Of a DNA stretch of 41,071 nucleotides, positions 26,999 through 38,098 are shown in pieces. Both the position numbers and the translations under genes were made by a program. The notes under the pieces were generated by a model, which worked only from the letters and a program-made list of their open reading frames with translations, ran no database searches and had not been told where the DNA came from. The stretch covers positions 1 to 41,071 of the forward strand of contig JAFACO010000351.1 of the NCBI GenBank assembly GCA_023425485.1, in the 5' to 3' direction. Source of the stretch: Bacillota bacterium (lineage in GTDB: Bacteria; Bacillota; Clostridia; Lachnospirales; Lachnospiraceae). The first letter of the stretch is position 1, and each line of letters begins with the position of its first letter.

Positions 26999-28813
26999 AT
27001 GAAGTTATCAAAATATATTATAAAACATTGGTATATCTATTTAGCTGCTGTTGTGTGTATCGTGATTGCAGTATCACTTGATATGCTATCACCACAGGTA
27101 ACACAGCGTGTTATAGATAATGTTATTGTAGGAGGAGATCTGGAACTCTTTCCTAAATTACTTATTCTTATTTTTATCATTGGGCTAGGAAGAATGATCT
27201 TTCAATATGTGAAGGAATTAATCTTTGACTTAATCAGCTCAAAAATTGCAGTTAACATTAGAAGAGATCTTTTTGCACATATTCAAAGTCTTTCACTAAA
27301 CTTCTTTGAAAAAAATAATACCGGCGAGTTAATGTCTCGTGTCAAAGATGATGTAGACCGCATCTGGGGTGGAATTGGCTTTGTTGGTATGCTACTTATT
27401 GAAATTGTAATACATACAAGTATCGTACTTTATTGTATGTATAGTATCAGCCCGACCCTTGCTATTATTCCGACTATAATTTTACCTTTCATGGGTGCAC
27501 TTGCTATTTTTATGGAAAAGAAGCTAGATAAGGTTTATGAAGAAATTAGTGAAGAGAATTCAAAGCTAAATCTAGTGGCACAGGAAAACTTATCCGGGGT
27601 TAGAACGGTTAAAGCTTTTGCCAGAGAAAAACATGAGATTAAAAAGTTTTTATCTCATAACAAGAAGTATTATGATTTAAATATGCAACAATCTAGGGTT
27701 TTTATTAAGTATTTTCCTTACTTTCAATTTGTGACAAAACTTTTACCTTTAGTCGCTATTATATTAGGTGGTTTTCAAGTAATTGAAGGTAAACTAACCC
27801 TTGGCCAATTAGGTGCCTTCACAGAATATTCTATGAATATTGTATGGCCTATGGAAATGCTAGGCTGGTTATCCAATGAGTTTGCTGCAGCTATCGCTTC
27901 TGGCAAGAGACTTAAAAAAATTCATGCAGAGGAACCAATGATTAAGGATTCCTTACAGCCTACTGTTCTTGATGAGGTTCGTGGATCAGTTGAGTTTAAT
28001 AACGTCTCCCTTTCACTTTCAGAGAAGACCATTCTATCGGACATCAGCTTTGAACTAAAGGCAGGAAAGACAATTGGTATTATGGGTGCAACAGGAACAG
28101 GTAAGAGCTCCATTATTAATTTACTGCAGCGCTTCTATGATGCAAGTGAAGGTGAAATTAAACTGGATGGCGTAAATATAAAGAACCTTTCCTTAAAACA
28201 ACTTAGACAAAGCATTTCACTCGTAATGCAGGATGTATTCCTTTTCTCAGACAGTATTAGCGAGAATGTAAAATTAGGTAAAAAGAACTTCCTTAATCAA
28301 GAGGAGATTGTAGAAGCCGCAGCTAGTGCCCAGGCAAAAGATTTTATTGAAAAGATGGAAGATCAGTATGAAACTATCATTGGTGAACGAGGTGTTGGTC
28401 TGTCCGGTGGTCAGAAGCAGAGAATAAGTATCGCCAGGGCACTTGCCAAAAAAACACCTATCCTGGTACTTGATGACTCTACCTCTGCTCTTGATATGGA
28501 AACAGAGCTTATGATTCAAAGAGCCTTAACTCAATTAAAGGCTACCAAAATTATTATTGCTCATCGTATCTCAGCTGTTCGTAATGCGGACGAAATTATT
28601 ATCCTCGAAGAAGGAAAAATTGTGGAACGTGGAACCCATGAAACATTATTAATGCAAAAGGGTTACTATTATAAAACTTATCAGGCGCAGTATGGGGATT
28701 ACTCTGTTCTAGGCAAGGAGAATCTCCAAAGTGAGACTCTCCCTCAAGAAGCACAAGAACAGGAAACTCCTGTATCTGAATCAATTGAAAGGAGAGTGAC
28801 AGCATGGCAGTAA
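26999..28813 (+). CDS. ABC exporter, fused TMD-NBD subunit 1
   Basis: N-terminal TM domain; GATGTGKS, LSGGQKQR, degenerate Walker B LDDS; ATG 26999 after GGAGG. Confidence 0.93.
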   Translation: MKLSKYIIKHWYIYLAAVVCIVIAVSLDMLSPQVTQRVIDNVIVGGDLELFPKLLILIFIIGLGRMIFQYVKELIFDLISSKIAVNIRRDLFAHIQSLSLNFFEKNNTGELMSRVKDDVDRIWGGIGFVGMLLIEIVIHTSIVLYCMYSISPTLAIIPTIILPFMGALAIFMEKKLDKVYEEISEENSKLNLVAQENLSGVRTVKAFAREKHEIKKFLSHNKKYYDLNMQQSRVFIKYFPYFQFVTKLLPLVAIILGGFQVIEGKLTLGQLGAFTEYSMNIVWPMEMLGWLSNEFAAAIASGKRLKKIHAEEPMIKDSLQPTVLDEVRGSVEFNNVSLSLSEKTILSDISFELKAGKTIGIMGATGTGKSSIINLLQRFYDASEGEIKLDGVNIKNLSLKQLRQSISLVMQDVFLFSDSISENVKLGKKNFLNQEEIVEAAASAQAKDFIEKMEDQYETIIGERGVGLSGGQKQRISIARALAKKTPILVLDDSTSALDMETELMIQRALTQLKATKIIIAHRISAVRNADEIIILEEGKIVERGTHETLLMQKGYYYKTYQAQYGDYSVLGKENLQSETLPQEAQEQETPVSESIERRVTAWQ

Positions 28814-30579
28814 ATGCGATTAAGGATGATGAATTTCTCCAATCCGTCAGTAAAAAGACTACACTAATACGATTATTTCGTTATATGCTCGCTTATAGAG
28901 CCCCTATTATTGCTGTAATTATAATTATGCTAGCAACAGTAACAATATCAATTGTGAACCCTCTTATCATTCGTAGGGCAATTGACGTTTACGTTGCAGC
29001 AAAGGATTTAAAGGGCTTATTTATTCTAGGTGCCTTTGCCCTATGCTTAAATATTATTTTTATTCTATTAGTAAAGCTTCGAATGTTTTTAATGGCAAGA
29101 ATATCGAACAATGTACTACTTACGATCCGTCAGGAACTATATACTCATATACAGAAATTAAGCTTTAGCTTTTTTGACAGTCGTCCTACCGGAAAGATTC
29201 TTGCCAGAATTATTGGAGATGTTAACTCCTTAAAGGATGTTCTCTCCAACAGCGTTACAACCTTAATACCCGACTTTATAACTATTTGTGCCGTAGTAAC
29301 AATTATGATGGTAATTAATTGGCGTCTTGCTTTAGCATCATTAATTTCTTTACCTTTAATGATGTTCGGCCTATGGTACATTCAGACCCGTTCTCATAAG
29401 AGATGGCAGCTTCATCGTAAGAAAAGTTCTAATCTAAATGCTTTTATTCATGAGGATCTATCAGGTATGAGAATTATACAGAGCTTTACAGCGGAAGAAG
29501 AAACAGCAGAAAGCTTTGATGGCTACTTAAAAGAACATCGTGACTCCTTTGTAAAAGCAATTATACTAAATGATGCCTTTGGTTCCGTCATTGATATTAG
29601 TTGGGGTATCGGCTCCTTATCCATGTATTTTGTTGCTGTAAGCCTGCTTGGAATCGACGCTGGCAGTGTAGGAACTCTAATGGCCTTTGCTATGTATATC
29701 AATATGTTCTGGCATCCAATTATGAATTTAAGTAACTTCTATAATCAGTTAATTACAAATATAACTGGTGCAGAACGTATCTTTGACATTATGGATACAC
29801 AACCAGAAATTTCAGATTCAGCCGAAGTAATTGAACTACCGGAAATTACAGGTGGTGTGGAATTTCGTAACGTATCCTTTGCTTATGACGAAGACACCAA
29901 TGTCCTAAATGAAGTAAGCTTTAAAATTAAACCTGGTGAAAGTATTGCGCTTGTTGGTCCAACCGGTGCCGGTAAAACCACCATTGTTAATCTAATTAGC
30001 CGTTTCTATGATGTTCAAAAAGGTGATATTCTAATTGATGGCTTCAGTGTTAGAGATGTTTCTATCGAAAGTATAAGAAAACAAATGGGAATTATGACAC
30101 AGGATAACTTCCTATTCTCCGGAACCATAGCAGAGAACATTCGCTATGGTAAGCTGGATGCTACTGATGAGGAGATTATCGCTGCTGCCAAAGCAGTAAA
30201 CGCTCATGAGTTCATTATGAAGATGGAAAAGGGTTATGAGACAGAATTAAAAGAACGTGGTGCTGGTTTATCCATTGGTCAACGTCAATTACTTGCTTTT
30301 GCAAGAACCATGGTATCTATGCCGAAGATTTTAATTCTTGATGAAGCGACCTCCAGTATTGATACTCATACAGAGCTTTTGGTTCAGCAGGGTATTGAAA
30401 CACTTCTTAAGGGCAGAACCTCCTTTGTAATCGCTCATCGTTTATCGACGATAAGTAAAGCCGACCGAATTTTTGTTATAGATGAAGGACAGATTAAAGA
30501 GGAAGGCAGCAATGATGAACTGTTAAAGAAGAAAGGTCTTTACTACAACCTTTATATGGCTCAGTTTAAGAATTTATAA
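28804..30579 (+). CDS. ABC exporter, fused TMD-NBD subunit 2
   Basis: GPTGAGKT, degenerate signature LSIGQ, canonical LDEAT; overlaps subunit 1, a heterodimeric exporter arrangement. Confidence 0.93.
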   Translation: MAVNAIKDDEFLQSVSKKTTLIRLFRYMLAYRAPIIAVIIIMLATVTISIVNPLIIRRAIDVYVAAKDLKGLFILGAFALCLNIIFILLVKLRMFLMARISNNVLLTIRQELYTHIQKLSFSFFDSRPTGKILARIIGDVNSLKDVLSNSVTTLIPDFITICAVVTIMMVINWRLALASLISLPLMMFGLWYIQTRSHKRWQLHRKKSSNLNAFIHEDLSGMRIIQSFTAEEETAESFDGYLKEHRDSFVKAIILNDAFGSVIDISWGIGSLSMYFVAVSLLGIDAGSVGTLMAFAMYINMFWHPIMNLSNFYNQLITNITGAERIFDIMDTQPEISDSAEVIELPEITGGVEFRNVSFAYDEDTNVLNEVSFKIKPGESIALVGPTGAGKTTIVNLISRFYDVQKGDILIDGFSVRDVSIESIRKQMGIMTQDNFLFSGTIAENIRYGKLDATDEEIIAAAKAVNAHEFIMKMEKGYETELKERGAGLSIGQRQLLAFARTMVSMPKILILDEATSSIDTHTELLVQQGIETLLKGRTSFVIAHRLSTISKADRIFVIDEGQIKEEGSNDELLKKKGLYYNLYMAQFKNL

Positions 30580-30704
30580 GATATCTTGTTATGGAAGATT
30601 AGCTGTTAATTTATAAAACAAGGTTTTTAATATAGCTTATTTGTATCTTCAAGAAAATACTTTTATACAAGATGAAACAACAAGTTATTTACTTGTGATA
30701 TTTA

Positions 30705-30753
30705 AGAGAACAGAGAATCGCTTTTATTCACACTAAAGCGGTTCTCTGTTTCT
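30705..30753. terminator. Bidirectional terminator
   Basis: AACAGAGAATCGCTT...AAGCGGTTCTCTGTT. Confidence 0.75.
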
Positions 30754-30754
30754 A

Positions 30755-31201
30755 TTAATCTCTTTCTTCTGTTTCATTTTCTTCCTCATGAAATCTGCTT
30801 AGCTGCAGATTCATTGCTTTTGCTTCCATCTCACCTTTAATGTAATTTGTTATATAAACAACTACATATACCAATAAGATTAATACAAACATAAGTACTA
30901 ATTGTAATATACTATTAAAATTAATCCAGTTAAAGACAAATGCCATTGTATAAACAATAAGATTAACATAGAAATAATTAATTATTGTTCTGATCCTCAT
31001 GCTTTTTTTACTAACTTCTTTCATGGAGAAAAAAATCAGATTGCCAAGCGTTGATAAGGCTGCCATAATGAACATCTGCAATAGTAATATTGACATATAA
31101 TTTACTTCTGGACTAAAGATAGCGATAAATAGGGCTGAACTAAATGCTATTCCTGTAAATATCTTTACATAATTTGATAGTAGTTTTTTTATTATATTCA
31201 T
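30755..31201 (-). CDS. DUF3021-like four-TM membrane protein (LytTR regulatory system partner)
   Basis: Four hydrophobic helices and a EAKAMNLQL tail, downstream of the LytTR gene; ATG 31201 after AGGAGG. Confidence 0.7.
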   Translation of the reverse strand: MNIIKKLLSNYVKIFTGIAFSSALFIAIFSPEVNYMSILLLQMFIMAALSTLGNLIFFSMKEVSKKSMRIRTIINYFYVNLIVYTMAFVFNWINFNSILQLVLMFVLILLVYVVVYITNYIKGEMEAKAMNLQLSRFHEEENETEERD

Positions 31202-31211
31202 GTCTGCCCTC

Positions 31212-31649
31212 CTACAATCCAAGCTTTTTCTTTAATTCGGGAACATATTGTCTTGAAATAACTACCTTTTCCCCATTAAAAAGTAATGCCTCAAACCGTC
31301 CTGAATAGGCTGGGCTGATGCTCTTTATCTTTGCTATATTTAATATAATTGATTTAGAAGCTCGAAAGAAATTCGTACGATTGTAATCTTCTTCAATTTC
31401 ATAAAGTTTTAGCTTTGTTTCATAGACGCTTTGCTTACAATATAGAAATACTTTATTATCAATTCCTTCGAAGTAATAAACATTAGCAGGGTCTATCATA
31501 GTTATATTGCCATCCTTAATTCCTGCAAGTTTTCTCTGATCTAGCTTAAGCTGTGAAACCATTCTTAAGATATTGTCATCGATTTTATTACATCGAATTA
31601 TAATCTGCTCTTCCTCGCCTTGATTAATTTCCTCAATTACTATCTTCAT
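31212..31649 (-). CDS. Stand-alone LytTR DNA-binding regulator
   Basis: VYYFEGIDNKVF, KLYEIEE, FFRASKSIILN, LFNGEKVVISRQY; no receiver domain. Confidence 0.9.
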   Translation of the reverse strand: MKIVIEEINQGEEEQIIIRCNKIDDNILRMVSQLKLDQRKLAGIKDGNITMIDPANVYYFEGIDNKVFLYCKQSVYETKLKLYEIEEDYNRTNFFRASKSIILNIAKIKSISPAYSGRFEALLFNGEKVVISRQYVPELKKKLGL

Positions 31650-31657
31650 TACAGCTC

Positions 31658-32569
31658 CTATCTACTCATAACATTACGTTTTCTTTGAATCAGTGCCGAT
31701 ATAAGTATAAAGACGATACCACTCATTAATAAAATTAACATCTTGATTTCATTTGAAACCATTGTCTGATCATAACGAATTGTCATTCCCATATATTCTT
31801 TATAGCCATTGGTAAACTCATCCGGGCATCCAATGAATGTCTTACCAATAATATTCTCAGTCATAATATCCCGTAAAAAAGAACATCCATAAAGCATAGG
31901 AGTCATCTTTAGTAACATTTGAACTTTTTCAGGTAACATTCCAATAGGAAGATAAATTCCCGCAAGAAATCCTACCAGAGTTCCAATGATTGTACTAAGT
32001 CCAGAAAAAGCACTTAAGGAGTGAACGAAATTAGCAATTAGAAACACTAAGCTTGCAGAAGAAAATACATTAAGGATAATATAAAGCATTATTCTCATCA
32101 TATCCACGAAGGAGAACAATTCTCCACCTATATTTAAGATATAAATCTCACCTACAATAACTGTTAAGGTACACATGATAATGCCCATTATAATTGCTGC
32201 ACAAACATAACCCATAACAAAGATACCTCTGTTTACTGGAGATACATAGAAGCTGGATAATCTTTTTTCAGCCTCGTCTTCAATCATAATACCTACCATT
32301 GCCAAGGTAATGGTAATAGAGTTTACCACCACTAATCCTGCAAGGGTCCAAAGAATAACAATCTGTTTTGCGTTTTCTCTATCAACTACTTCATTTCTCT
32401 CTCCACCAAATTCACTTAGCATTTCAACCAGGTTATTGGTGTTCATATCTGCTAGAAATAGTAACATAAGACCAATAATAATAATCATTGATAATAAGGA
32501 AAAAAAGATATTTGCCCTATTCCTGGTGTAGACCAAAATATTTCTATGAATTAATTTAAGTAATAGCAT
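31658..32569 (-). CDS. ABC-2 type permease
   Basis: About six TM segments, GFLAGIYLP motif, downstream of an ABC ATPase. Confidence 0.85.
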   Translation of the reverse strand: MLLLKLIHRNILVYTRNRANIFFSLLSMIIIIGLMLLFLADMNTNNLVEMLSEFGGERNEVVDRENAKQIVILWTLAGLVVVNSITITLAMVGIMIEDEAEKRLSSFYVSPVNRGIFVMGYVCAAIIMGIIMCTLTVIVGEIYILNIGGELFSFVDMMRIMLYIILNVFSSASLVFLIANFVHSLSAFSGLSTIIGTLVGFLAGIYLPIGMLPEKVQMLLKMTPMLYGCSFLRDIMTENIIGKTFIGCPDEFTNGYKEYMGMTIRYDQTMVSNEIKMLILLMSGIVFILISALIQRKRNVMSR

Positions 32570-32608
32570 ATATTCTCCCTCTGTCCTACAAGTCAGACCC
32601 TTTCCTAT

Positions 32609-33517
32609 TTATAAGTGCTTTCCGGTTATATTTAAAAATACATCGTCCATACTTCCTTGTATAACCTCGAAGGATTTAAGATAATTCTGTGTTTCATTTA
32701 ATATCTGAAGTCCATATATGGTGTTGGGAATTATAACTTCTATATGATTACTTTGTTCTTTATAAGATAGCTCCCTTAACTGTAAATACTTTATTACCTC
32801 TTCCATTTGATCTGTATTTAATCTCAAACTATCATGGGTATATTGTTCCTTTAACATAGTAGGCGTTCCATCTGCCACCAATTTTCCTGCATCCATGATG
32901 GAGATATAATTTGCTCTAGCTGCCTCTTCCATATAATGTGTCGTTAGAAAGATTGTCATTTGCTTTTCCTTTCTAAGCTCCTCTAAGCATTGCCATACGT
33001 TCTGTCTGCTTTGAGGATCAAGACCTGTTGTAGGTTCGTCTAAGAACAAAATCTCTGGTTGATTCATAAGTGACTTCGCTATTTCACACCGTCTCTTTTG
33101 TCCACCCGATAATTTTCTAAACTGTCGATTTAATGTTTCACCTATATCAAGAATGTCTATTACCCACTTTAAATTCTTTTGCAGCTCCTTACGATTATTT
33201 TGATAGAGTGCTGCTCTCGTTATAAGATTTTCCTTTACTGTTAAGTGACTATCCAAGGTATTATCTTGAAAAACGACTCCAATTCTTTTTCTAATTTCAC
33301 GATCAATTACTCCTAATTTATGGCCACATACCTGGACTTCTCCTTCTGCACTTTTTAATAAAGTACATAAGATGTTAATTGTGGTGGATTTACCTGCACC
33401 GTTTACACCTAAAAACCCATACAGTTCACCCTTCTTAACACGAAAACTAATGTCATCCACTGCTTTAATCTCTTTGAAATACTTTTTTAAATGACTTACC
33501 TTTATAATATCTTCCAT
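32609..33517 (-). CDS. ABC transporter ATP-binding protein
   Basis: GVNGAGKST, LSGGQKRR, LDEPTTGLDP, LTTHYMEEA; ATG 33517 has better RBS spacing than GTG 33526. Confidence 0.93.
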   Translation of the reverse strand: MEDIIKVSHLKKYFKEIKAVDDISFRVKKGELYGFLGVNGAGKSTTINILCTLLKSAEGEVQVCGHKLGVIDREIRKRIGVVFQDNTLDSHLTVKENLITRAALYQNNRKELQKNLKWVIDILDIGETLNRQFRKLSGGQKRRCEIAKSLMNQPEILFLDEPTTGLDPQSRQNVWQCLEELRKEKQMTIFLTTHYMEEAARANYISIMDAGKLVADGTPTMLKEQYTHDSLRLNTDQMEEVIKYLQLRELSYKEQSNHIEVIIPNTIYGLQILNETQNYLKSFEVIQGSMDDVFLNITGKHL

Positions 33518-33557
33518 AGTTAACACCCACCTTACTTATTTCCACTTGCTATGACTT

Positions 33558-33647
33558 ATTGTAAATTCTTCCTTAAATTATTGCAACAGCACTTTAGGCA
33601 AGTTGCCAATAATCTAGGTAAGTTACAAATATGCCCCAGTAAAATGC
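33558..33647 (-). promoter_or_regulatory. Promoter with upstream LytTR-type direct repeats
   Basis: TTGCAA-17 bp-TACAAT (33558-33586); repeats TAGGCAAGTTGC (33595), TAGGTAAGTTAC (33615) and weaker CCAGTAAAATGC (33636). Confidence 0.65.
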
Positions 33648-33735
33648 AAACGGGTCCTATGGGTTAAGTCATTCCCAATAAGACCCTTTTATCATATATT
33701 CGGTACTCTATTTAATGCATTAGATAATTCTTGCA

Positions 33736-35169
33736 CTAATTCATTACCCTTCTCCTTGGCAAAGTTATAATAAAGCTCGTACCTTTTTTAAATTGGGAAC
33801 GTACTTTTATCTTCCCTGTATGAGCCAAAATAATTAGTTTTGCCAGTGATAAACCTAAACCATGACCACTTATGTTCTGATTTCTAACATAATCTGAACG
33901 ATAAAAGCGATCAAAGATGTGATCAATATCCTTTTGTGTCATTCCAATACCACTATCTTGAATGGTTATTACACAATCACCATCGATTTTCTCACATTGA
34001 ATTACTATTTCATCACCATCATGAGTGTATTTTATTGCATTTTCTATAAATATTCGAATAGCTTGTTTTAAAGACTGCTTATCCCCATATACAATTACAT
34101 CCTCAAGTATAGGAGATAAAATAATGCGATTATCTGCTACCAAACGTGTCTCTTTTATCATATCCTCAACAACTTTGCGCATATTAAAGCGTTTTTTTGT
34201 GAGTTTTAAAGTTTTCTTATCATGTCTTGAAAGAAATAGTAGCTTTTCTACAAGATCCTGCATGGATCTGGCTTCATTTTGAATGGCGTCAATGGATTCA
34301 TGAAGTACCTCTTCATTTGTAGTACCCCAGCGATTTAATAAATTTGAATACCCCTGAATTACTGCAATTGGTGTTCTTAATTCATGTGATGCATCGGAAA
34401 CAAATTGTTTTTGACTCTCATAGGAAGCCTCAATTCGATCCAGCATCGCATTGATGACACTAGCCAAATCCTTAAGTTCATTCTTAGTTCCCTCTACATT
34501 TAATCTCTCACTATGCAGATTATTTACTGTAAGTCTGTTCGCCGTAGCTGACATAATTCGAACTGGCTCAAACAGCTTCATATCACTTCTTTTGCCCTTT
34601 CGAATAATTAAAAAAACTATAACTAAATATAAAATAGCTATTTTCCATGCCAAAGAAAAAAATTGTTGGTAACTCTTTGTAAGATCATATTGAAAATTAA
34701 CCAGATACGAATTCCCATCGTTAATTAATTCTTTGGTACTATTAATAACCAGAATATGGTTCTTGCTTTCCCTGTTAAAATGGATGCCAAAAACAAAGTC
34801 ATTATTCGATTGGGGTTTATAGTCCAGGTCGCTATATAAGTCCTCCCCCGTATCTTCCCTAACAATCTGCAGCGTTAACCCTTGGGAACCAAAAGGATTA
34901 TGGCATTCTTCTATATTTTGCATTTCATAGCCTTTTACAATTTCCTCAGCCATCTGATCATAATTTGTCTTCTCAGAGTATATGAAAAGCACAAAAAAAC
35001 CAGCCATTAACAAAACGCCATGTGTTAGCAATAATCGTAAATATGATATTGATATACGAAAGGCTATCGATAACCTAAAGTTACTCAGCCACTCCTCTTT
35101 TTTTCTACGTATTGGAAGGATAATTTTTCGTAAGATATTCCTAATTGCTTCTAATAATTTATTCTGCAT
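33736..35169 (-). CDS. Membrane sensor histidine kinase (HAMP-HisKA-HATPase)
   Basis: Two TM segments, SDASHELRTP H-box, ENAIKY, DSGIGM, GHGLGLS. Confidence 0.95.
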   Translation of the reverse strand: MQNKLLEAIRNILRKIILPIRRKKEEWLSNFRLSIAFRISISYLRLLLTHGVLLMAGFFVLFIYSEKTNYDQMAEEIVKGYEMQNIEECHNPFGSQGLTLQIVREDTGEDLYSDLDYKPQSNNDFVFGIHFNRESKNHILVINSTKELINDGNSYLVNFQYDLTKSYQQFFSLAWKIAILYLVIVFLIIRKGKRSDMKLFEPVRIMSATANRLTVNNLHSERLNVEGTKNELKDLASVINAMLDRIEASYESQKQFVSDASHELRTPIAVIQGYSNLLNRWGTTNEEVLHESIDAIQNEARSMQDLVEKLLFLSRHDKKTLKLTKKRFNMRKVVEDMIKETRLVADNRIILSPILEDVIVYGDKQSLKQAIRIFIENAIKYTHDGDEIVIQCEKIDGDCVITIQDSGIGMTQKDIDHIFDRFYRSDYVRNQNISGHGLGLSLAKLIILAHTGKIKVRSQFKKGTSFIITLPRRRVMN

Positions 35170-35177
35170 AGTTTGTA

Positions 35178-35855
35178 CTAATCCTTTATGATGTAGCCAA
35201 CACCTCTCACTGTTGATATCATGTGTACTCCATATTTCTCATCAATTTTCTGTCTTAAATATCGAATATAAACATCCACCACATTGGTATCTCCAAAATA
35301 CTCATAATCCCAAACGTTATTTAATAATTGTTCTCTGGTCAATGCAATGTTCTTATTTCTAATAAGATATTCTAAAAGTTCATATTCCTTCTTAGTTAAA
35401 GAAAGTTCATCTTCCTGATAAAAAGCACTGTGACTTCCTAAATTTAAAGTTATCTGTCCAAATTTAAGAACATCACCTTTTGGCTCTGTACTATGCTTCT
35501 TACGATTAAGAGCAACTCTAATTCTTGCTAGTAATTCTTCAATCGCAAAAGGCTTTGTCATATAATCATCTGCTCCGGTATCCAGGCCTGCAACCTTATC
35601 TGTCACATCATCTTTTGCCGTAAGCATAATAATTGGAACCTGTGACTCAAGTCTAATTCTTCTGCATACCTCAATACCGCTAAGACCTGGCAGCATTATA
35701 TCTAATATTACTAGGTCCACATTTTCTTTCAATGCCTTCTCTAAGCCTGCTCTACCATCCATTGCAATAATAACTTCATAACCTTCATGCTTTAATTCAA
35801 GTTCTAAAAAACGCGCAATCTTTCCCTCATCTTCAACTATTAATACTTTTGCCAT
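35178..35855 (-). CDS. OmpR/PhoB-family response regulator
   Basis: VEDE, LDIMLPG, GADDYMTKPF, VVDVYIRYLRQKI, TVRGVGY. Confidence 0.96.
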   Translation of the reverse strand: MAKVLIVEDEGKIARFLELELKHEGYEVIIAMDGRAGLEKALKENVDLVILDIMLPGLSGIEVCRRIRLESQVPIIMLTAKDDVTDKVAGLDTGADDYMTKPFAIEELLARIRVALNRKKHSTEPKGDVLKFGQITLNLGSHSAFYQEDELSLTKKEYELLEYLIRNKNIALTREQLLNNVWDYEYFGDTNVVDVYIRYLRQKIDEKYGVHMISTVRGVGYIIKD

Positions 35856-35982
35856 TCCCTAATCCTCCTCACCTGAATCTTTCTCTAGTCTTATTTTATC
35901 GATAAGTTGTGTATTTTACAATATCTCTATATTAAAATTCCATTAGAAAGAATTTATTTACAATAGTTTTTGTTTGTTACAA

Positions 35983-36036
35983 GAAAAGGAGCGCTATGGA
36001 ATAGTTTATTGTACTATACCATAGTGCTCCTTTTTC
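35983..36036 (-). terminator. Terminator after tkt
   Basis: GAAAAGGAGCGCTATGG...CCATAGTGCTCCTTTTTC. Confidence 0.8.
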
Positions 36037-36115
36037 AAATTATAATTAATAACATTACTCAATTATTATAAAACATGATTAGCAAATCAAAACTTGCAAT
36101 AACTATAGTACTAAA

Positions 36116-38098
36116 TTAAAGTACACTCTTAACTGCATTAACAACATTTTCTGTGGTAAAGCCAAATTTCTTAAATAGAACTCCAGCTGGTGCAGAAGCT
36201 CCAAAGCCCTTCATAGTAACAGTTGTTCCATCTAGTCCAACATATTTACCCCAGCCAAAATCAGTAGCAGCCTCTACTGCAACTCTAGCTCTAACGCTGT
36301 TAGGTAGTACGCTTTCTTTATACTCTTTTGATTGTGCTTCAAATAAATCCAGTGATGGCATACTAACTACGCTTACATCCACACCTTCTTTTTCAAGTTC
36401 AACCTGTGCATTAATACCTAATTCAACCTCTGAACCACTCGCCATGATAATTGCATCAGGAACTGATTTTTTGGAAGGAGATACTACATATCCACCCTTC
36501 AATGCTTCCTTAGAGGATCCTGCAAGCTGAGGAAGATTTTGACGTGTTAAGACAAGTGCTGTAGGTGTTGTAGTTGAAGTAACGGCGTAATACCATCCAG
36601 CTGCACATTCTGTTGCGTCAGCAGGTCTAAATACAGTAAAGTTTGGCATTGCTCTTAACATAGCTAGTTGCTCGATTGGCTCATGAGTTGGACCATCTTC
36701 ACCAACTCCAATACTATCATGTGTTAGTACATAGGTTAATGGTAATCCCATAAGTGAGGATAATCTTGCCATTGGCTTTACATAATCACTAAATACAAAG
36801 AAAGTAGAAACATAAGCACGGAGTCCGCCATGTAATGCAAGTCCGTTACCCATTGCTGCCATTGCTAATTCTCTAACTCCAAAATGAAGGTTACGTCCAG
36901 CATAATTATCCTTAGAGAAATCACCCATATCACTTAAGTAGGTCTTAGTGGATGGAGCTAAATCCGCAGCACCACCAATCATATTAGGAAGGTAATTCTT
37001 TAATCGATTCATCAGAATACCAGAAATATTTCTGGTCGCTTCCGGCTTATCTGCATATGCCCAGAACTCTTCGTCATCAATTAAATTCTTTGCTGCATTT
37101 TCATCATGATATTGATCCCATAAAGTCTTCATTTCAGGGAACTCAACGCCATATTTTTCAAATAGCGTATTCCATTCAGCTTCATCCTTTGCAGCTTCCT
37201 GTGCAATTGTTTTAAAATTCTCATATACTTCTTCTGGAACATGGAAAGGCTCATGATTTAACCATTCTAACTTTTCTTTTAATGCTTTTACATTATCTAC
37301 TCCAAGTGGTTCACCATGTGCACTAGCCATTCCCTCTCTAGGGCTGCCATGTCCAATCTTTGTTTTTACAGTAATCATAGTTGGTCTGGTGGTATCTGCC
37401 TTAGCAGCTACAATTGCAGCGCCGATTTCTTCTAAGTTATTGCCATCTTCTACGGTAAGAGTCTGGAAACCATATGCCTGGAAGCGTTTTTCAACATCTT
37501 CTGTAAAGGCAATATCAGTACTTCCTTCTATGGTAATTTTATTGCTATCATATAATACAATTAATTTACCAAGGCCAAGTGTACCTGCAAGGGACATTGC
37601 CTCTGAGGTGATACCTTCCATCATACAGCCGTCTCCACCAAGTGCATAAGTATAATGGTCTACAACTGGATAGCCCTCTTTATTAAACTTAGCTGCAAGA
37701 TGAGCTTCACCCATAGCCATACCTACTGCCATAGCCATACCCGCTCCAAGAGGTCCTGTGGTTGCCTCAACGCCTACGGTATGTCCATACTCTGGGTGTC
37801 CAGGGGTTAAAGAATTCTCCTGACGAAAAGATGCCAAATCCTCAACGGTAAGACCATAACCGAATAAATGCAATAAAGAGTAAAGAAGCATAGATCCATG
37901 ACCACCGGATAAGATGAAACGGTCTCTATTACTCCATTTAGGATTTGCAGGGTTGTGCTTCATGTGCTTTGCCCATAACTCATAAGCCATCGCTGCAGAA
38001 CCAAGTGGTAAGCCTGGATGACCTGAATTTGCTTTTTGAACCCCATCTGCTGATAAGATTCTTATCGCATTTACTGACCTTGTATCAATGTTACTCAT
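36116..38098 (-). CDS. tkt: Transketolase
   Basis: ANSGHPGLPLG, RDRFILSGGHGS, GDGCMMEG TPP motif, THDSIGVGEDGPTH. Confidence 0.98.
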   Translation of the reverse strand: MSNIDTRSVNAIRILSADGVQKANSGHPGLPLGSAAMAYELWAKHMKHNPANPKWSNRDRFILSGGHGSMLLYSLLHLFGYGLTVEDLASFRQENSLTPGHPEYGHTVGVEATTGPLGAGMAMAVGMAMGEAHLAAKFNKEGYPVVDHYTYALGGDGCMMEGITSEAMSLAGTLGLGKLIVLYDSNKITIEGSTDIAFTEDVEKRFQAYGFQTLTVEDGNNLEEIGAAIVAAKADTTRPTMITVKTKIGHGSPREGMASAHGEPLGVDNVKALKEKLEWLNHEPFHVPEEVYENFKTIAQEAAKDEAEWNTLFEKYGVEFPEMKTLWDQYHDENAAKNLIDDEEFWAYADKPEATRNISGILMNRLKNYLPNMIGGAADLAPSTKTYLSDMGDFSKDNYAGRNLHFGVRELAMAAMGNGLALHGGLRAYVSTFFVFSDYVKPMARLSSLMGLPLTYVLTHDSIGVGEDGPTHEPIEQLAMLRAMPNFTVFRPADATECAAGWYYAVTSTTTPTALVLTRQNLPQLAGSSKEALKGGYVVSPSKKSVPDAIIMASGSEVELGINAQVELEKEGVDVSVVSMPSLDLFEAQSKEYKESVLPNSVRARVAVEAATDFGWGKYVGLDGTTVTMKGFGASAPAGVLFKKFGFTTENVVNAVKSVL

